The notes: generated by a model not told the origin, from the letters alone. Positions 30,881 to 44,398 are shown, counted from the first letter of the stretch. The stretch: DNA of 64,000 nucleotides from Octopus vulgaris (GCA_951406725.2 OX597838.1:11532001-11596000); one strand, 5' to 3'. Translations and numbers: made by a program.

Positions 30881-31604
30881 TTGTGTGTCTGTGTTTGTCC
30901 CCCTAGCATTGCCTGACAACCGATGCTGGTGTGTTTACGTCCTCGTCACTTAGCGGTTCGGCAAAAGAGACCGATAGAATAAGTACTGGGCTTACAAAGA
31001 ATAAGCCCCGGGGTCGATTTGCTCGACTAAAGGCGGTGCTCCAGCATGGCCGCAGTCAAATGACTGAAACAAGTAAAAGAGTAAAGAGTATACTGAAAGG
31101 AATGTTGTTTTCTAATGCAGCGCCGTCTAGTCTGGCATTATGCGGTGTAAAGCAGCCTCATATTGTGTAATAGGGTTTGGTGTCGTTATTGTTGTCTGGC
31201 ACCAGGTTTCATCTCATCTGTGACACGTAAATTGACGGTCAAACAAGGTACAAGCCATAAACTCATATATCCTATAATACTATGTCTCCATTGAGCTGAA
31301 AATCATTCTGTTACACTCAGACTTGCAACGATGAATCACATGGAGTGCATTGTCACAATCTTAACGAATACTCTCTCCACAGCCCCAACTATAGATACTG
31401 CGTTAGCTGACCCGCAGTAATGAATCTTATATGCAGTGTAGTATGACCATCTGAAGTGTCCGCTATATTTCTTTACATCTTGATTCTAGTGGTGACCTCA
31501 GCTGATGGCAGGTGAAATAGACTCAGTCAGAACGAGATAGTTTCTTTTCCTCAGCTCTTATCTTTTGTACTGTACATCTCAGTGTTTGGGGTTATTGAGA
31601 GTTT

Positions 31605-32037
31605 GGATCTTTTCGGTTTGACCGGCAGTTTTTTAAAATAATTTCCACGTAACTAAACACTTTTAAACTTCGTATACTGGTAGAATGTGTTTATAAAACA
31701 TCTTTTTCTCTGGCTTTATTGAGAAAATTCCATAGTTTGTAAGATATTTGTTGTTGTTTTTCTTCAATTTCTGCAATTTCAACCAATCAATGACGTTTAT
31801 TGAGGTAAAAAAAAAAACATTCTGTGCCGTATGAATATGTCCCTCGTTTAAGAAACAGATTGGGTTTATTTACATTTGTGAAGAAAAAAAAGATACCCTT
31901 CCCTCCACCCTAACCCTAACTAACCGTAACCCTAAAACAGATTGAAATGCAATAGATCGATACTAGGGTCATAATTATGGGTGACACTTTCATATGACAC
32001 CGCGAGAAAAAAACTGCCGGTCAAACCGAAAAGATCC
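31605..32037. mobile_element. MITE with ~30-bp perfect TIRs and 8-bp TSD (Merlin- or MULE-like); partial copy 57902-58105
   Basis: GGATCTTTTCGGTTTGACCGGCAGTTTTT / AAAAACTGCCGGTCAAACCGAAAAGATCC; TSD gagagttt/gagacttt; internal CCCTAA repeats. Confidence 0.8.
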
Positions 32038-32479
32038 GAGACTTTTGATGCTGCAGCTATTTCTATGTCTCCAAATTGTGTGGGACAGATAGTGTTAAGA
32101 TATTGTTACAGCAGAGTTGTTTGTGCATTTGGAGGTAATTTTTCATGCAGTGATTAGAACTATGGGACTGGAACCTGCTGAAGTTACACTCTGTGATTCT
32201 TTCATTTCAATAGATGTTTCAGTTGTAGTTGTTTTGTTTTGGTTCTGTAGGGTGATCTGTGAATGTAGTCTGAATACATCCTGATATGGTGTGTAATGTT
32301 TAGATTGTTGAGTGTGATGGTTTGTGATTGATGCTTTCTGGTGATGGTAGTAAAAATAAGGAACATTGTGGTTTGGAGAAGTGTATTTTCTGTGTTACGT
32401 GTATGATACTCGAGCGTAATGGTCCGGGTCCGTGTTGTAATTTGGAGAGGGGAATGTGTGATTTGGTGGTATCAAGGGT

Positions 32480-32750
32480 TACTTTTTCAGCCCCTCACAC
32501 CAGATCTCACTCCATGTGATTTTTTTACCTGTGGGGTTACACAGAAGGGGGTGGGGTGTACAAGACAAAACCTCTCACACTGGTGAACTTGGAGACACGG
32601 ATTCAGGAGGTTCTTAATGATATCCCAGACGACGTCCTTCAGAAGGTTGTTCATTCCATCTCTGGCCGTTTGAGGAAAATGGTTGATGCCACCGGTGCTT
32701 ACGTTGAAGTATGAAGACCTACTTTCATTTTCCCATGTAGTAAAGAACAT
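32480..32750 (+). mobile_element. Tc1-like transposase C-terminal fragment (related copy with TIR at 29564-29833; distinct remnant 60320-60480 on minus)
   Basis: PDLTPCDFF..WG...VYKTKPLTL...IPDDVLQKVVHS...GAYVE. Confidence 0.7.
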
Positions 32751-33392
32751 TTCCTTACATCTTGATTCTAGTGGTGACCTCAGCTGTGACCTCAAATCCC
32801 TATACACGGTGATTCTCCACAACGACGGTCTCTTAGCCCTCCAAAAACTTCCTCGACCATCGCCCTGACCCCCACACCCAGCACCCCACCCTTCTCCGCC
32901 TGGCAGAGCTCGTCCTCACCCTCAACTGCTTTGCATTCGCCGGGGAAACCTACCAACAGGTGTCTGTCGGATATTATTTTACTTAAGTATTCTTTGGATA
33001 TTTAGAATTGTTGTAATTCTAAACTTCCAGATTCTGGAAATTTTACAGTGGGGACATTACCATGGAATTCAACAAGGGTCGGTCGCGAAGCTTCTTAGAC
33101 TTTGTTAAAATTTACATGAGAGGAGTAATTCTTGAAATAGCTTTATAGCTATTACCAGTCAAATTTTATGGCCATTTAAAGTTTGTGGCAATTTCCGAAA
33201 ATTCCGAAATATTGAATTTCTTTTATTTTTAGGAGCCTATCATTCCAAATAGGTTTGGTAGCATACCTTGAAAAATATATTTCTTTAATCTCCACTATCT
33301 CAAGTTCCCCAGACACTAAAGATCAATTCTCTTAACTCGGCCAATTTAGAAGTATTCGGGTACTATTTTTCTTGTTTTGCATTTTATGTTCT

Positions 33393-33437
<45 letters not shown>

Positions 33438-33520
33438 ATTTTTGATTTTTCCAGTTTCATCTAATGAGCTGTGGCCATGCTGGGGCACCGCCATTTTAAT
33501 ATATGTATATATATACATAT

Positions 33521-33582
<62 letters not shown>

Positions 33583-33692
33583 AGGAGATGTGGAACACGA
33601 GTTGTGATATATAAAAAAAGGAAATGAAGAAAATGCTGACAAAATAATTTAAGTAAGGGAGAGTGTATTTAATTAGGTGAAAGTTCTTTACC

Positions 33693-33858
33693 GGTTGCGC
33701 ATTTGTTATGCTTATCAAAAGATATTTTTTTAAGAGAGATAGAGTTCCTTTCTGATAGATTTTTTTCTCTTATCTCAGATAAGAGAAAAAAATCTATCAG
33801 AAAGGAACTCTATCTCTCTTAAAAAATATCTTTTGATAAGCATAACAAATGCGCAACC
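33693..33858. repeat. 166-bp near-perfect palindrome (83+1+82)
   Basis: Arms complementary except for one indel in a T/A run; centre C at 33776. Confidence 0.95.
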
Positions 33859-33859
33859 T

Positions 33860-34190
33860 TCGGTCATGAATGATCATGGGATTGCACCAAGAAAGTTATC
33901 CTCTCAGGCACAAGTCCGGACAAGTTTGCTTATGGAAGACCAGCAGTCACCCATGCATACCGGCCTCCCCTCTCCATGCCACCAGTGTTATCCAAGGGAA
34001 AAGACAAAGAGGCCGATACAGCTTGGCACCTGTTACGTCGCAACTCATTTCTACAGCTGAGTGAACTGGAGCAACGTGAAATAAAGTGTCTTGCTCAAGA
34101 ATACAACACGCAGCCCGGTCCTGGATTCGAACGCAAAACCTCGCGATCGTAAGTTCGACGCTCTAACCATTGAGCCATGTACCTTCACAG
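33860..34190 (-). mobile_element. SINE family 4 (second copy about 2990-3325)
   Basis: Two diverged copies; tRNA-like head on the minus strand (GGCTCA(A/G)TGGTTAGAG...GTTCGAATCC). Confidence 0.7.
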
Positions 34191-34199
34191 TGGATTACT

Positions 34200-35350
34200 C
34201 TCTCTAGATTGTCGTGTCTTTTCTTGTATTCTTTCTGTGCCAGCATGGTACATTCACTTACTTTATGAGTAACTCTTTCCTCTTACATTAGGAATCTACT
34301 TGGTTTTTGCTATCTTGGCTTTTATCCAATTAGTCCTTAATGCTTGATCTTGTGCTGCTACTAACAAACTTTCTGTCTCCCTCTTCAGCTTTCCTTTCTG
34401 CAGCCATAACCAATGTCTTACTACTATTATTTCCTGAAACTATCTTCGGGAATCTACCAAGAAATGCCTTCTCCAGTCAGATAATTTCTGTTCTTTTTTC
34501 TGGGTTTTAAGTTCGTTTGGGTTTTTGCTGTGACTCTAGCTTTTAATAAACTTTCTTCACTATTACCTACATAGGAATCTATATCTACGCTAGCTAACTC
34601 TACGTAGTCTTCTACTGATATTAACCTTCTTCTGCCTCTTCTTTCTAGGTAAGTATAACCTTGCTACTTCTGCCTTTGGCTGGAGCCCTCCATTCATATT
34701 GAACTCCTTCCTAGTTCTTCTGTCTAGCCTTGCAAATTCAGTTTTCGTCCAATCTACAAAAGCTGCTGAGTATCTAAGTAATGATACTGCCCAAGTATTT
34801 ACAGCCTTCACTAGATTCGTACCAACTAGCTTTGACTTCATTAGCTTCATCACCCATCTGATGTACTCCTCAGTTTTCGTTTTCCTTTCTGTACTTAGTA
34901 ATCTATCAGATTCAAATACTCCTAGATGCTTATAACCCTCTTCTCCTTTCAATGATTTTAATGTCTGACCATCTAGTAATTGGATGTCTTCACTGTTGAC
35001 TGCTTGTCCCATTTTCATGACTAATATTTCACACTTACCTATACCAAATTCCATGCCTATATCTTTGCTGAAGAGTCTTACAGTCTGTATTAAGGAACCT
35101 ATCACTTTCATTCTTACTAAAAAGCTTCAGATCATCCATGTAGAGCAAATCGTTAATTTCTCCATTACTATTTCTGAACTGATACCCTGCCTTTGCTTTC
35201 CTTAATACTAAACTGACAAATATCAAAGGGGGACAACGAGTACCCCTGGAAAATTCCTCTTTTGATATTAACTTTCCCTAAGAGTTTGTCACCTGAGTAT
35301 AGACCTACTTCCAATTTCTTCATGCTAAAGCTAATCCTCTTATGTCGTCA
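34200..35350 (-). mobile_element. Degenerate R4/Dong-like LINE RT fragment
   Basis: LLYMDDLKLF; FSKDIGMEFGIGKC; AVNTWAVSLLRYSA. Confidence 0.85.
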
Positions 35351-36304
35351 CCAACGTCATCACCTCTATTATTTTTCGACATCGAATTGGATAGGCGCAG
35401 GAGTGGCTGTGTGGTAAGTAGCTTGTTTACCAACCACATGGTTCCGGGTTCAGTCCCACTGCGTGGCACCTTGGGCAAGTGTCTTCTACTATAGCCTCGG
35501 GCCGACCAAAGCCTTGTGAGTGGATTTGGTTGACGGAAACTGAAAGAAGCCCGTCGTATATATGTATATATATATATATGTATGTATGTGTGTGTATGTG
35601 TTTGTCCCCCTAGCATTGCTTGACAACCGATGCTGGTGTGTTTACGTCCCCGTTACTTAGCGGTTCGGCAAAAGAGACCGATAGAATAAGTACTGGGCTT
35701 ACAAAAGAATAAGTCCCGGGGTCGAGTTGCTCGATTAAAGGCGGTGCTCCAGCATGGCCGCAGTCAAATGACTGAAACAAGTAAAAGAGTAAAAGAGTAA
35801 AGAGTATCTGATATTTTTCAAGCAGCTTTCTATTGCATCATTTGTTGCACCTTTGTGCTGGTGGCCTGGTGTGCGCTGCATTTGGGGCGGGGGGGGGGGC
35901 GGTGATTTTGTATCGAATCGGTTTGTTTTGTTATAGGGTTTGGTTTAAGTCTTCTGTTGTATTAGTTTTTGTATTGTGTGTTGTTTGTGCAGCGCAGGTT
36001 GTGTTCTTCCCACGGGTATCGACTTTCTATGGCACATGTGGTCTTTGTTAATTTTGTTGGGTATTTACGGCAATGGTTTTCAACCAGGGTTCCGCCAGTA
36101 CAGTCCAGGGGTTCCGCAAGAAGTTACAAAACTGCTAAAATCGGCAGTAATTTTTAATTCTCCTGTGCAGATATGTGTGCATAAGACTATTAAAATAAGG
36201 CACAGGGATTCCTCGAGCCAGTGGAATGTTTCCTTATATTACGAGTATTGTAGGTAATTAGTACCTACGTGTGGTATTGTATGATAAGTATTCTATGTAA
36301 CATA

Positions 36305-36535
36305 GGCGGCGAGCTGGCAGAAACGTTAGCATGCCGGGCGAAATGCGTAGCCGTATTTCGTCTGCCGTTACGTTCTGAGTTCAAATTCCCCCGAGGTCGA
36401 CTTTGCCTTTCATCCTTTCAGGATCAATAAATTAAGTACCAGTTACGCACTGGGTCGATATAATCGACTTAATCCGTTTGTCTGTCCTTGTTTGTCCTCT
36501 CTATGTTTAGCCCCTTGTGGGCAGTAAAGAAATAG
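36305..36535 (+). mobile_element. SINE family 3 monomer with about 17-bp TSD; other copies near 1890-2097(-), 11425-11485, 13736-13950, 41445-41550(-), 43585-43797(-), 55500-55718(-)
   Basis: GGCGGCGAGCTGGCAGAAACGTTAG head; TSD gtattctatg(t/g)aacata. Confidence 0.85.
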
Positions 36536-37248
36536 GTATTCTATGGAACATATGCGTGCAATGCCTTATAGGGCTGTTGTAGAGAAAGAGAAAGAAAAAT
36601 TGATCAACCTAATATGTGTATGCAGTGCGTAGTAGTATTGTATTGAAAATATTTACGTAATATTCATATTTCTAGTAGTGCTAGTTTCTGTATGTTGTAT
36701 GACTGGCCCTACTACCTTAACGACACATAAGGTGCTGGTGTTAAATCAAGTGGAGCGTTAGCGCCAGCCACCCAGGGACAAAGTGGTGGTGATATGTTAC
36801 ATCGACTATTGAAACAAACATTGCACAAAACCCTGTGGTTGTGGTGATGTGTTAAACCTACCACCCAAACTAACGTGGCCATAGAACCAAATGATGAAAA
36901 TTGAGATCTTGGTTGTCTTTACAACTTAAAAGAGGGGAGGAAGCACTCCGTCGGTTACGACGACGAGGGTTCCGGTTGATCCGAATCAACGGAACAGCCT
37001 GCTCGTGAAATTAACGTGTAAGTGGCCGAGCACTCCACAGACACGTGTACCCTTAACGTAAGTTCTCGGGGATATTCAGCGTGACACAGAGAGTGACAAG
37101 GCCGGCCACTTTGAAATACAGGTACAACAGAAACAGGAAGTAAGGGTGAGAGAGAAAGTTGTGGCGAAAGAGTACAGCAGGGATCACCACTATCCCCTGC
37201 CGGAGTGTACAACTTAAAAACAAAGCAATTGAATATATACAGGAATTA

Positions 37249-37254
37249 TTTATT
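37249..37254 (-). terminator. Poly(A) signal of protease C
   Basis: AATAAA about 125 nt after the stop codon. Confidence 0.5.
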
Positions 37255-37315
37255 ATTGATTTTTGAAAAACAATATGGATACATTTAAGATATCTTCTAT
37301 CCTTTGTATTGCTGT

Positions 37316-37356
<41 letters not shown>

Positions 37357-37377
37357 ACCATGATGCTATTGTTTCAC

Positions 37378-37527
37378 TCAGTTCATAATGTTTTCAATCC
37401 ATTCTCTATAGTAAGGAATGCTAGTGAAGAGGCTGGCCTCTCTGGTGCAGTCTAGACCATGTGATATCACTCCCGCAAGGACCATTCTGTTTCCTTTGAG
37501 ACAAATCAAAGGACCGCCGGAGTCTCC
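37378..37527 (-). CDS. Protease C exon 6 (Ser195, stop)
   Basis: [49 protein letters not shown]. Confidence 0.95.
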   Translation of the reverse strand, partial: GDSGGPLICLKGNRMVLAGVISHGLDCTREASLFTSIPYYREWIENIMN

Positions 37528-37657
37528 CTAGAAGTAAAGAGAAGACGAAGGAGTTTATGAAACAGGGAAGATATTAAGCTGCAAGGAGAATCAAATACAT
37601 ACATACATACATGCATACATACATACATACATACACACATATACATACATACATACA

Positions 37658-37691
<34 letters not shown>

Positions 37692-38249
37692 CATACATAC
37701 ATACATGCATGCATACATACATACATACATACATACATACATACATACATACATACATACATACATACATACATACATACATACATACATACATACATAC
37801 ACATGTAAACACGCACATATGTATGCATGTATGTATGTATATGGAAGCACTCCGTCGGTTACGACGACGAGGGTTCCGGTTGATCCGAATCAACGGAACA
37901 GCCTGCACGTGAAATTAACGTGTAAGTGGCTGAGCACTCCACAGACACGTGTACCCTTAACGCAGTTCTCGGGGATATTCAGCGTGACACAGAGAGTGAC
38001 AAGGCCGGCCCTTTGAAATACAGGTACAACAGAAACAGGAAGTAAGAGTGAGGGAAAGTTGTGGTGAAAGAGTACAGCAGGGATGACCACCATCCCCTGC
38101 CAGAGCCTCGTGGAGCTTTAGGTGTTTTCGCTCAATAAACACTCACAACGCCCGGTCTGGGAATCGAAACCGCGATCCTACGACCGCGAGTCCGCTGCCC
38201 TAACCACTGGGCCATTGCGCCTCTGTATGTATGTATGTATGTATGTATG

Positions 38250-38283
<34 letters not shown>

Positions 38284-41200
38284 TACATATGTATATATAT
38301 GGGTTGTGAAGGTGTGTATGTGTATATAATGGCTAAAACAATGGATCATAAAACTAGAGATGAAACTATTAAATAATATATATATTACTTTGCATATACT
38401 CGCTCCGCCTGTAATAAAATCCCCAGCACAAATAAACCCTTCTGAAATAGCTAGGGACGATTGATTTCTGCATTCATCGATTGGAATAACGGGGACGACG
38501 GCTTTGAGCAGAACATCGGAATGGCCTTCGTCGACTAAAAGAAGAAAGAAATGAGTTTCGGTTAGTTAGTGTTTGGGGGGGGGTTGATTTTGGTATTTGA
38601 AAATCTGTATATATAAAACTGTAGTTGTGTGAGTGTCTGTCTCCTACGATTTAGATTCCTAACTACTCCCACATTTTGCGGTGCAGTTTAACCAAAACCG
38701 GGTATCTTATAGTCGTGATTCATATCGAGCCCTTCTGGGTATTAGCGCGCGTCTACGATGAGTCTACGATTTTAAAAATAATTTACCATAATTTTTTTCC
38801 ATTTTTAATGCATTTTTTCGTTATTATATAAGGGAAGTAACTCTCTAAAAATATCTACGATGAGTCAACGATCTAAAAAAAAAAATTACCATCATTTTTT
38901 ATTCCATTTTTAATGCATTTTTTTGCTATAACTCACTAAAAATGCTTATATAGTTATTTCCCTTACAAACCCTAGCAACGCAGGGCGATACTGCTAGTGT
39001 AAAATAAACAAATAAATGGACAAACAAATTCATTGAGCGTATATATATATATATATATATCTTTTACTCTTTTACTTGTTTCAGTCATTTGACTGCGGCC
39101 ATGCTGGAGCACCGCCTTTAGTCGAGCAACTCGACCCCAACTCGACTTATTCTTTTTGTAAGCCCAGTACTTATTCTATCGGTCTCTTTTTGCCGAACCG
39201 CTAAGTGACAGGTACGTAAACACACCAGCATCGGTTGTCAAGCAAACACAGACACACAAGCACACACACATATATATATATATACATATATACGACAGGC
39301 TTCTTTCAGTTTCCGTCTACCAAATCCACTCACAAGGCATTGGTCGGCCCGGGGCTATAGCAGAAGACACTTGCCCAAGATGCCACGCAGTGGGACTGAA
39401 CCCGGAACCATGTGGTTGGTTAGCAAGCTACTTAATGTTATTCAAATTCTTTTACTTCCGACACATGTTTCGAAGATATCACTGGTATTGTCTCTGTAAC
39501 AGACTTCCCAAATCTAACGCAAAATTTCATGTCGGCTCTTTGTTCCAACTACCTGTCCATGACAAAAATCCGCCGACTACAGAACACACGTGATTACAAG
39601 AACACAAATTTCCCAATTTGCAAAGTTAATTCGGTGATGTCACTCAGCACACTGCCTCATGAAGGTCACTGTTAACTCTCACTGGGCATGTAACCGTGCG
39701 CTGCCATCAATTGGTGCGCTACAGAACTAGTTCGGGTACTACTTTTAATTCATTTCAATAGACCGAACAGATGTTATTCAAATTCTTTTACTTCCGACAC
39801 ATGTTTCAAATATTTCTTGCAATTTCCATTCACGAAGAGCTCCTTATGAATTCATAAAACATGTAGGATTTTATATAGGCCTAATTTAAACTCATTTTAA
39901 AAGGTTCAAATCGACACGAATTTAACCGATATGGCATAAAGTAATCTGCAAAGAAAGAAAGAACAGTAAAATGTGAAAAATAAAGCTTATTTATCCGTAA
40001 ATATTGTAAAAGTACTCTCAAAAGGACAATGACAAAATGCAACAGGATTTTATTTCCAACCTAAAAGATATATTCATAGCATTTGATATAACTTACGGCC
40101 AGTTCTTCCCCATCCAGCAATAATACAGGTTTTATCGTCAAAGACATCAGATTCTTCAGCCATGTCAATTGGTAAAACACACTCTACAGGCTTCACAGGT
40201 TTTTCAAGTCGTAAAAGGCCAATATCATTTTCTGAAACGAACGATAGAGATTTTAGAATGAGTTTTTCTTTCTCCCAAACAAAAACAATTACCGTACTAT
40301 TAAGGAATCTCAGTGCCGTTGTTTAACTTCATCTCTATCCAATCGGAGGCGCAATGGCCCAGTGGTTAGGGCAGCGGACTCGCGGTCGTAGGATCGCGGT
40401 TTCGATTCCCAGACCGGGCGTTGTGAGTGTTTATTGAGCGAAAACACCTAAAGCTCCACGAGGCTCCGGCAGGGGATGGTGGTGATCCCTGCTGTACTCT
40501 TTCGCCACAACTTTCTCTCACTCTTACTTCCTGTTTCCTGTTTCTGTTGTACCCGTATTTCAAGGGGCCGGCCTTGTCACTCTCTGTGTCACGCTGAATA
40601 TCCCCGAGGACTACGTTAAGGGTACATGTGTCTGTGGAGTGCTCAGCCACTTACACGTTAATTTCACGAGCAGGCTGTTCCGTTGATTCGGATCAACTGG
40701 AACCCTCGTCGTCGTAACCGACGGAGTGCTTCCATCCATGACATAGTATCACACAGTTGGATACGTTAAACATAGAACATGTTTGGAGCCACAGAAAATA
40801 CAGAAAATACAGAAAAAGTGGTTATTGAAAGTATGAAACACTGGAATACCGAATTGATTGGAGAGAACAAAGACTTAGAAAAGTGAACATCAGACGTGGA
40901 ATATTTCAAGGTGATAACTTATCTTCATTACTATTCATTTCATTTTTGGATATGATTTGCAAGATTCTTTATATGAGTTCGTGTGTTAAAGCACATTCTG
41001 TTGTGTCTGGGGAGAGTCATTTTCTTTTTGTGTCTTATAATTTAACACACTCACTGGTAAAATTTCCACCTATTTCTTATTTCTATTTTCCTAAAATTTT
41101 CGTTGCGTCTTGCAACCTTTTCAATAGTCTTGACTCAAGACCTCCAAAAAGATAAAAGGCAAAGTCGACCCTTTTTGTGTCTTATAATTTAACACACTCA

Positions 41201-43483
41201 CTGGTAAAATTTCCACTTATTTCTTTTTATTTTCCTAAAATTTTCGTTGCGTCTTGCAACCTTTTCAATAGTCTTGACTCAAGACCTCCAAAAAGATAAA
41301 AGGCAAAGTCGACCCTTTTTGTATCTTATAATTTAACACACTCACTGGTAAAATTTCCACTTATTTCTTATTTTTATTTTCCTAAAATTTTCGTTGCGTC
41401 TTGCAACCTTTTCAAATAGTCTTGACTCAAGACCTCCAAAAGGATAAAAGGCAAAGTCGACCCTCGACGGAATTTGAATTCATACGTAAAGACGAAATAC
41501 TGCTAAGTATTTCGTCCGGTGTGCTAACCGTTTCTGCCAGCTCGCCGCCTTAATATTGTAACAGGATCTGGAATCGGTATCACTGAAGGGGTGTCCGATC
41601 CGATCCCGTCACATTCAATTTAGTTAAATATAACAGACGAAGTCAGGTTATCTGGGAAAGACAGCAAATGTTGTTTATTACTCGTGATGGTGTACGTATT
41701 TCTGAGGGGAAACGACAGCCGAATCTTTGTACTGCTTCTTGTTGGTTGGTTGAAGTGATTCGATGTGGTCCGTTGCTAAGCCGGTGTAGAGTTCTCAGAG
41801 ACTACCAAATGCACGTCTGTTCACGAGGGCTGAAAGGGCCAGAGAGAGTGAGTGGATGGACTGTGCCTTAGGGGTCAGTTTCCCGCCCATGCGCATGAGG
41901 AAGACTTCCGGTGGCCACCCGGAAGTAGTCCCATTCTGCGCATGCGCGCTGAACCTTACACAGTAGCATCACTACAATATATTCAAATATTAAAAAGTAC
42001 TCATAATAGAAGAAAAAAATAGACACTCAACTATATCGGCTTACCAATGAAATATTCTGTTCTCGTGTAATTTTCATGGTGGAAAATCTTTGTTGATTTA
42101 ACATCTTGTACAGTTTCATGTTTATTCAATGATCCAATATTCACTTCCACGTGATCGATGAGACCTTCACTAAAGATAAAACAATAATACTAATAATAAC
42201 TTCTGAGGTTAGTCACGGTTACATTTCACGGGTCACGGTCACGGTTACAGAAAATAGGGAGGTTTTACGAGTCAATAAATTTGGAGCAAAAACAAACAAA
42301 CATGGCAACAATAAAATTTTAACAAAGTAAAATTCCCTGTAGTAGGAGAGATTCCGAGGCTCCACAAAACCACGGTCACCTTGACCACTGAGGCAACCTC
42401 CCCCCCTGTCAGAGCAGCTTGTCTCCACTTTTAAAAATGTTCTCAGAGTAAACCCATTCACTCAGACCATGCTTGGCTCTCTCAATGAATTTGCTTGAAG
42501 ACAGCACTTCTCTTTCAGTTCTCAGTCTATTTTTCAAGTTTTGACCGAAAAAGAAAGTGTCTGTTTTTCATCCCTTTCAGTCTGGTCCAACACGCAATCT
42601 CTTTCGTCAGAGCCACCTGACATATAAAAATGTATCTACCCTTTATGGCCAAAGAAGGCAGTGGTTTTCAGCCGTTGGCCAGATCCTCCACGACACGCAG
42701 CAGTACGTGTTCAACATTACCCCACAAGTCAGCGATTCTCGAGTAGAGGACGAAGTGCATGCAGAACGGTTTCATCACTCTGTGCTGATCGCGTACGAGC
42801 ACGTCTATGCCTGTAAATCGTATATCCAGTAGGCAATTCCCCCCAACCCCGGTAGCACTACCAGGCCAAAGATTTCTAGAATTTATTAATAGACCAAAAG
42901 TTCTCCGGAATGGACTAATCAGTTGATTTCTGTTGATGTCTAGAGTTCCCTCGCTGTGGTGGAAATTCTACATAATACTTACCCAGCTGAGAGAAGGCTG
43001 TGAGCGCTTGAAAACATTTCAGATGCCAGGAACAGAAACGAGCTGTGAAACCAATTCCATCTTACAAACGGCGATCACTTGTTCACCGTTAAGAAATTGC
43101 TAGAGATTTCGCAGCTTCAGTGCATGTCTTCAGAGACGTTATCTTCAGTCCTCAAAACAGCGAATAATAATAATAATAGCAAATGGTGCGCCTGACCCGT
43201 GGAACGTATCACCTCATTCCAATTCTCCATTTGGAGCTCTGGAAGGATCGGTTGGGGTGGGGTGGGGGTGGGTGAAGAAACTGGAGCGATAATGGTTGAC
43301 TATGACCGCCTACATACTTTTGTCAGGTTTAGAAATAGTGCTTAAAAACCTATCTGTACCAAGTTGCCCGGAGACGGTTTTCTCAAAACAAGAAAATAAA
43401 TAAACAAAAACCGAAAAGTTTACAGACAAAGTTGAGCAAAAACATCCCAGGATGATTCCCAAGGAATATTACTGACCAAAAGC

Positions 43484-43535
<52 letters not shown>

Positions 43536-44398
43536 AGTGTGTTCGTGTGTGTTAACGATGTGATTCTTCTCGTTTTAATGTCATTCCCACAAGGGGCTAA
43601 ACATAGAGGGGACAAATAAAGACAGACAAACGGATTAAATCGATTACATCGACCCCAGTGCGTAACTGGTACTTATTTAATCGACCCCGAAAGGATGAAA
43701 GGCAAAGTCGACCTCGGCGGAATTTGAACTCAGAACGTAGCGACGGAAGAAATACCGCTGAGCATTTCGCCCGGCGTGCTAACATTTCTGCCAGCCCTTC
43801 AAAATGCCGTCACCTCCATACCAAAACACACAACCTGCCTCATACCAACCAGCATCTCCACGCTATACTTTCACACACTCCACTCTACGCTGCCTCAAAC
43901 ACTCCACTGTGCACCACCCCACGTCACCGCAACCACCTTGCATTAAAACCAACACCACCTCCACCGCGATTGTTACTTACAGACAATGAGCAGCTGTGAC
44001 CACGTAATTTGGACTGATTAGTGTTCCACCACACATCCTATAACCCATGATAAAGCTTCTGTAGATCTTCAGGAACACAAGTGATGGCATTTCACAGAAT
44101 AACGCTGGGTTTCCCTCTACTATCTGCGTCCTTGGTGGTGCTGTATAAAAATATAATATCAAAACGCATTGATAGATATGTAGATACATAGGTATATAAG
44201 CATATATGTAATTACAAATAAACAAAAAGAATTATAAGGCGTAGGAGTGACTGTGTGGTAAGTAGCTTGCTTACCAACCACATGGTTCCGGGTTCAGTCC
44301 CACTGCGCGGCACCTTGGGCAAGTGTCTTCTACTATAGCTTCGGGCTGACCAAAGCCTTGTGAGTGGATTTGGTAGACGGAAACTGAAAGAAGCCCGT

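Noticed and set aside
39880-39945. Strong acceptor tttctttgcag in protease C intron 4 as an extra exon
   Set aside because: Reading on gives a stop after about 21 codons, and exons 4 and 5 already join in frame with sizes matching paralog B.
43090-43152. Three CTGAAG(A) motifs plus GAAA on the minus strand as a hammerhead
   Set aside because: Could not build consistent stems I and III.
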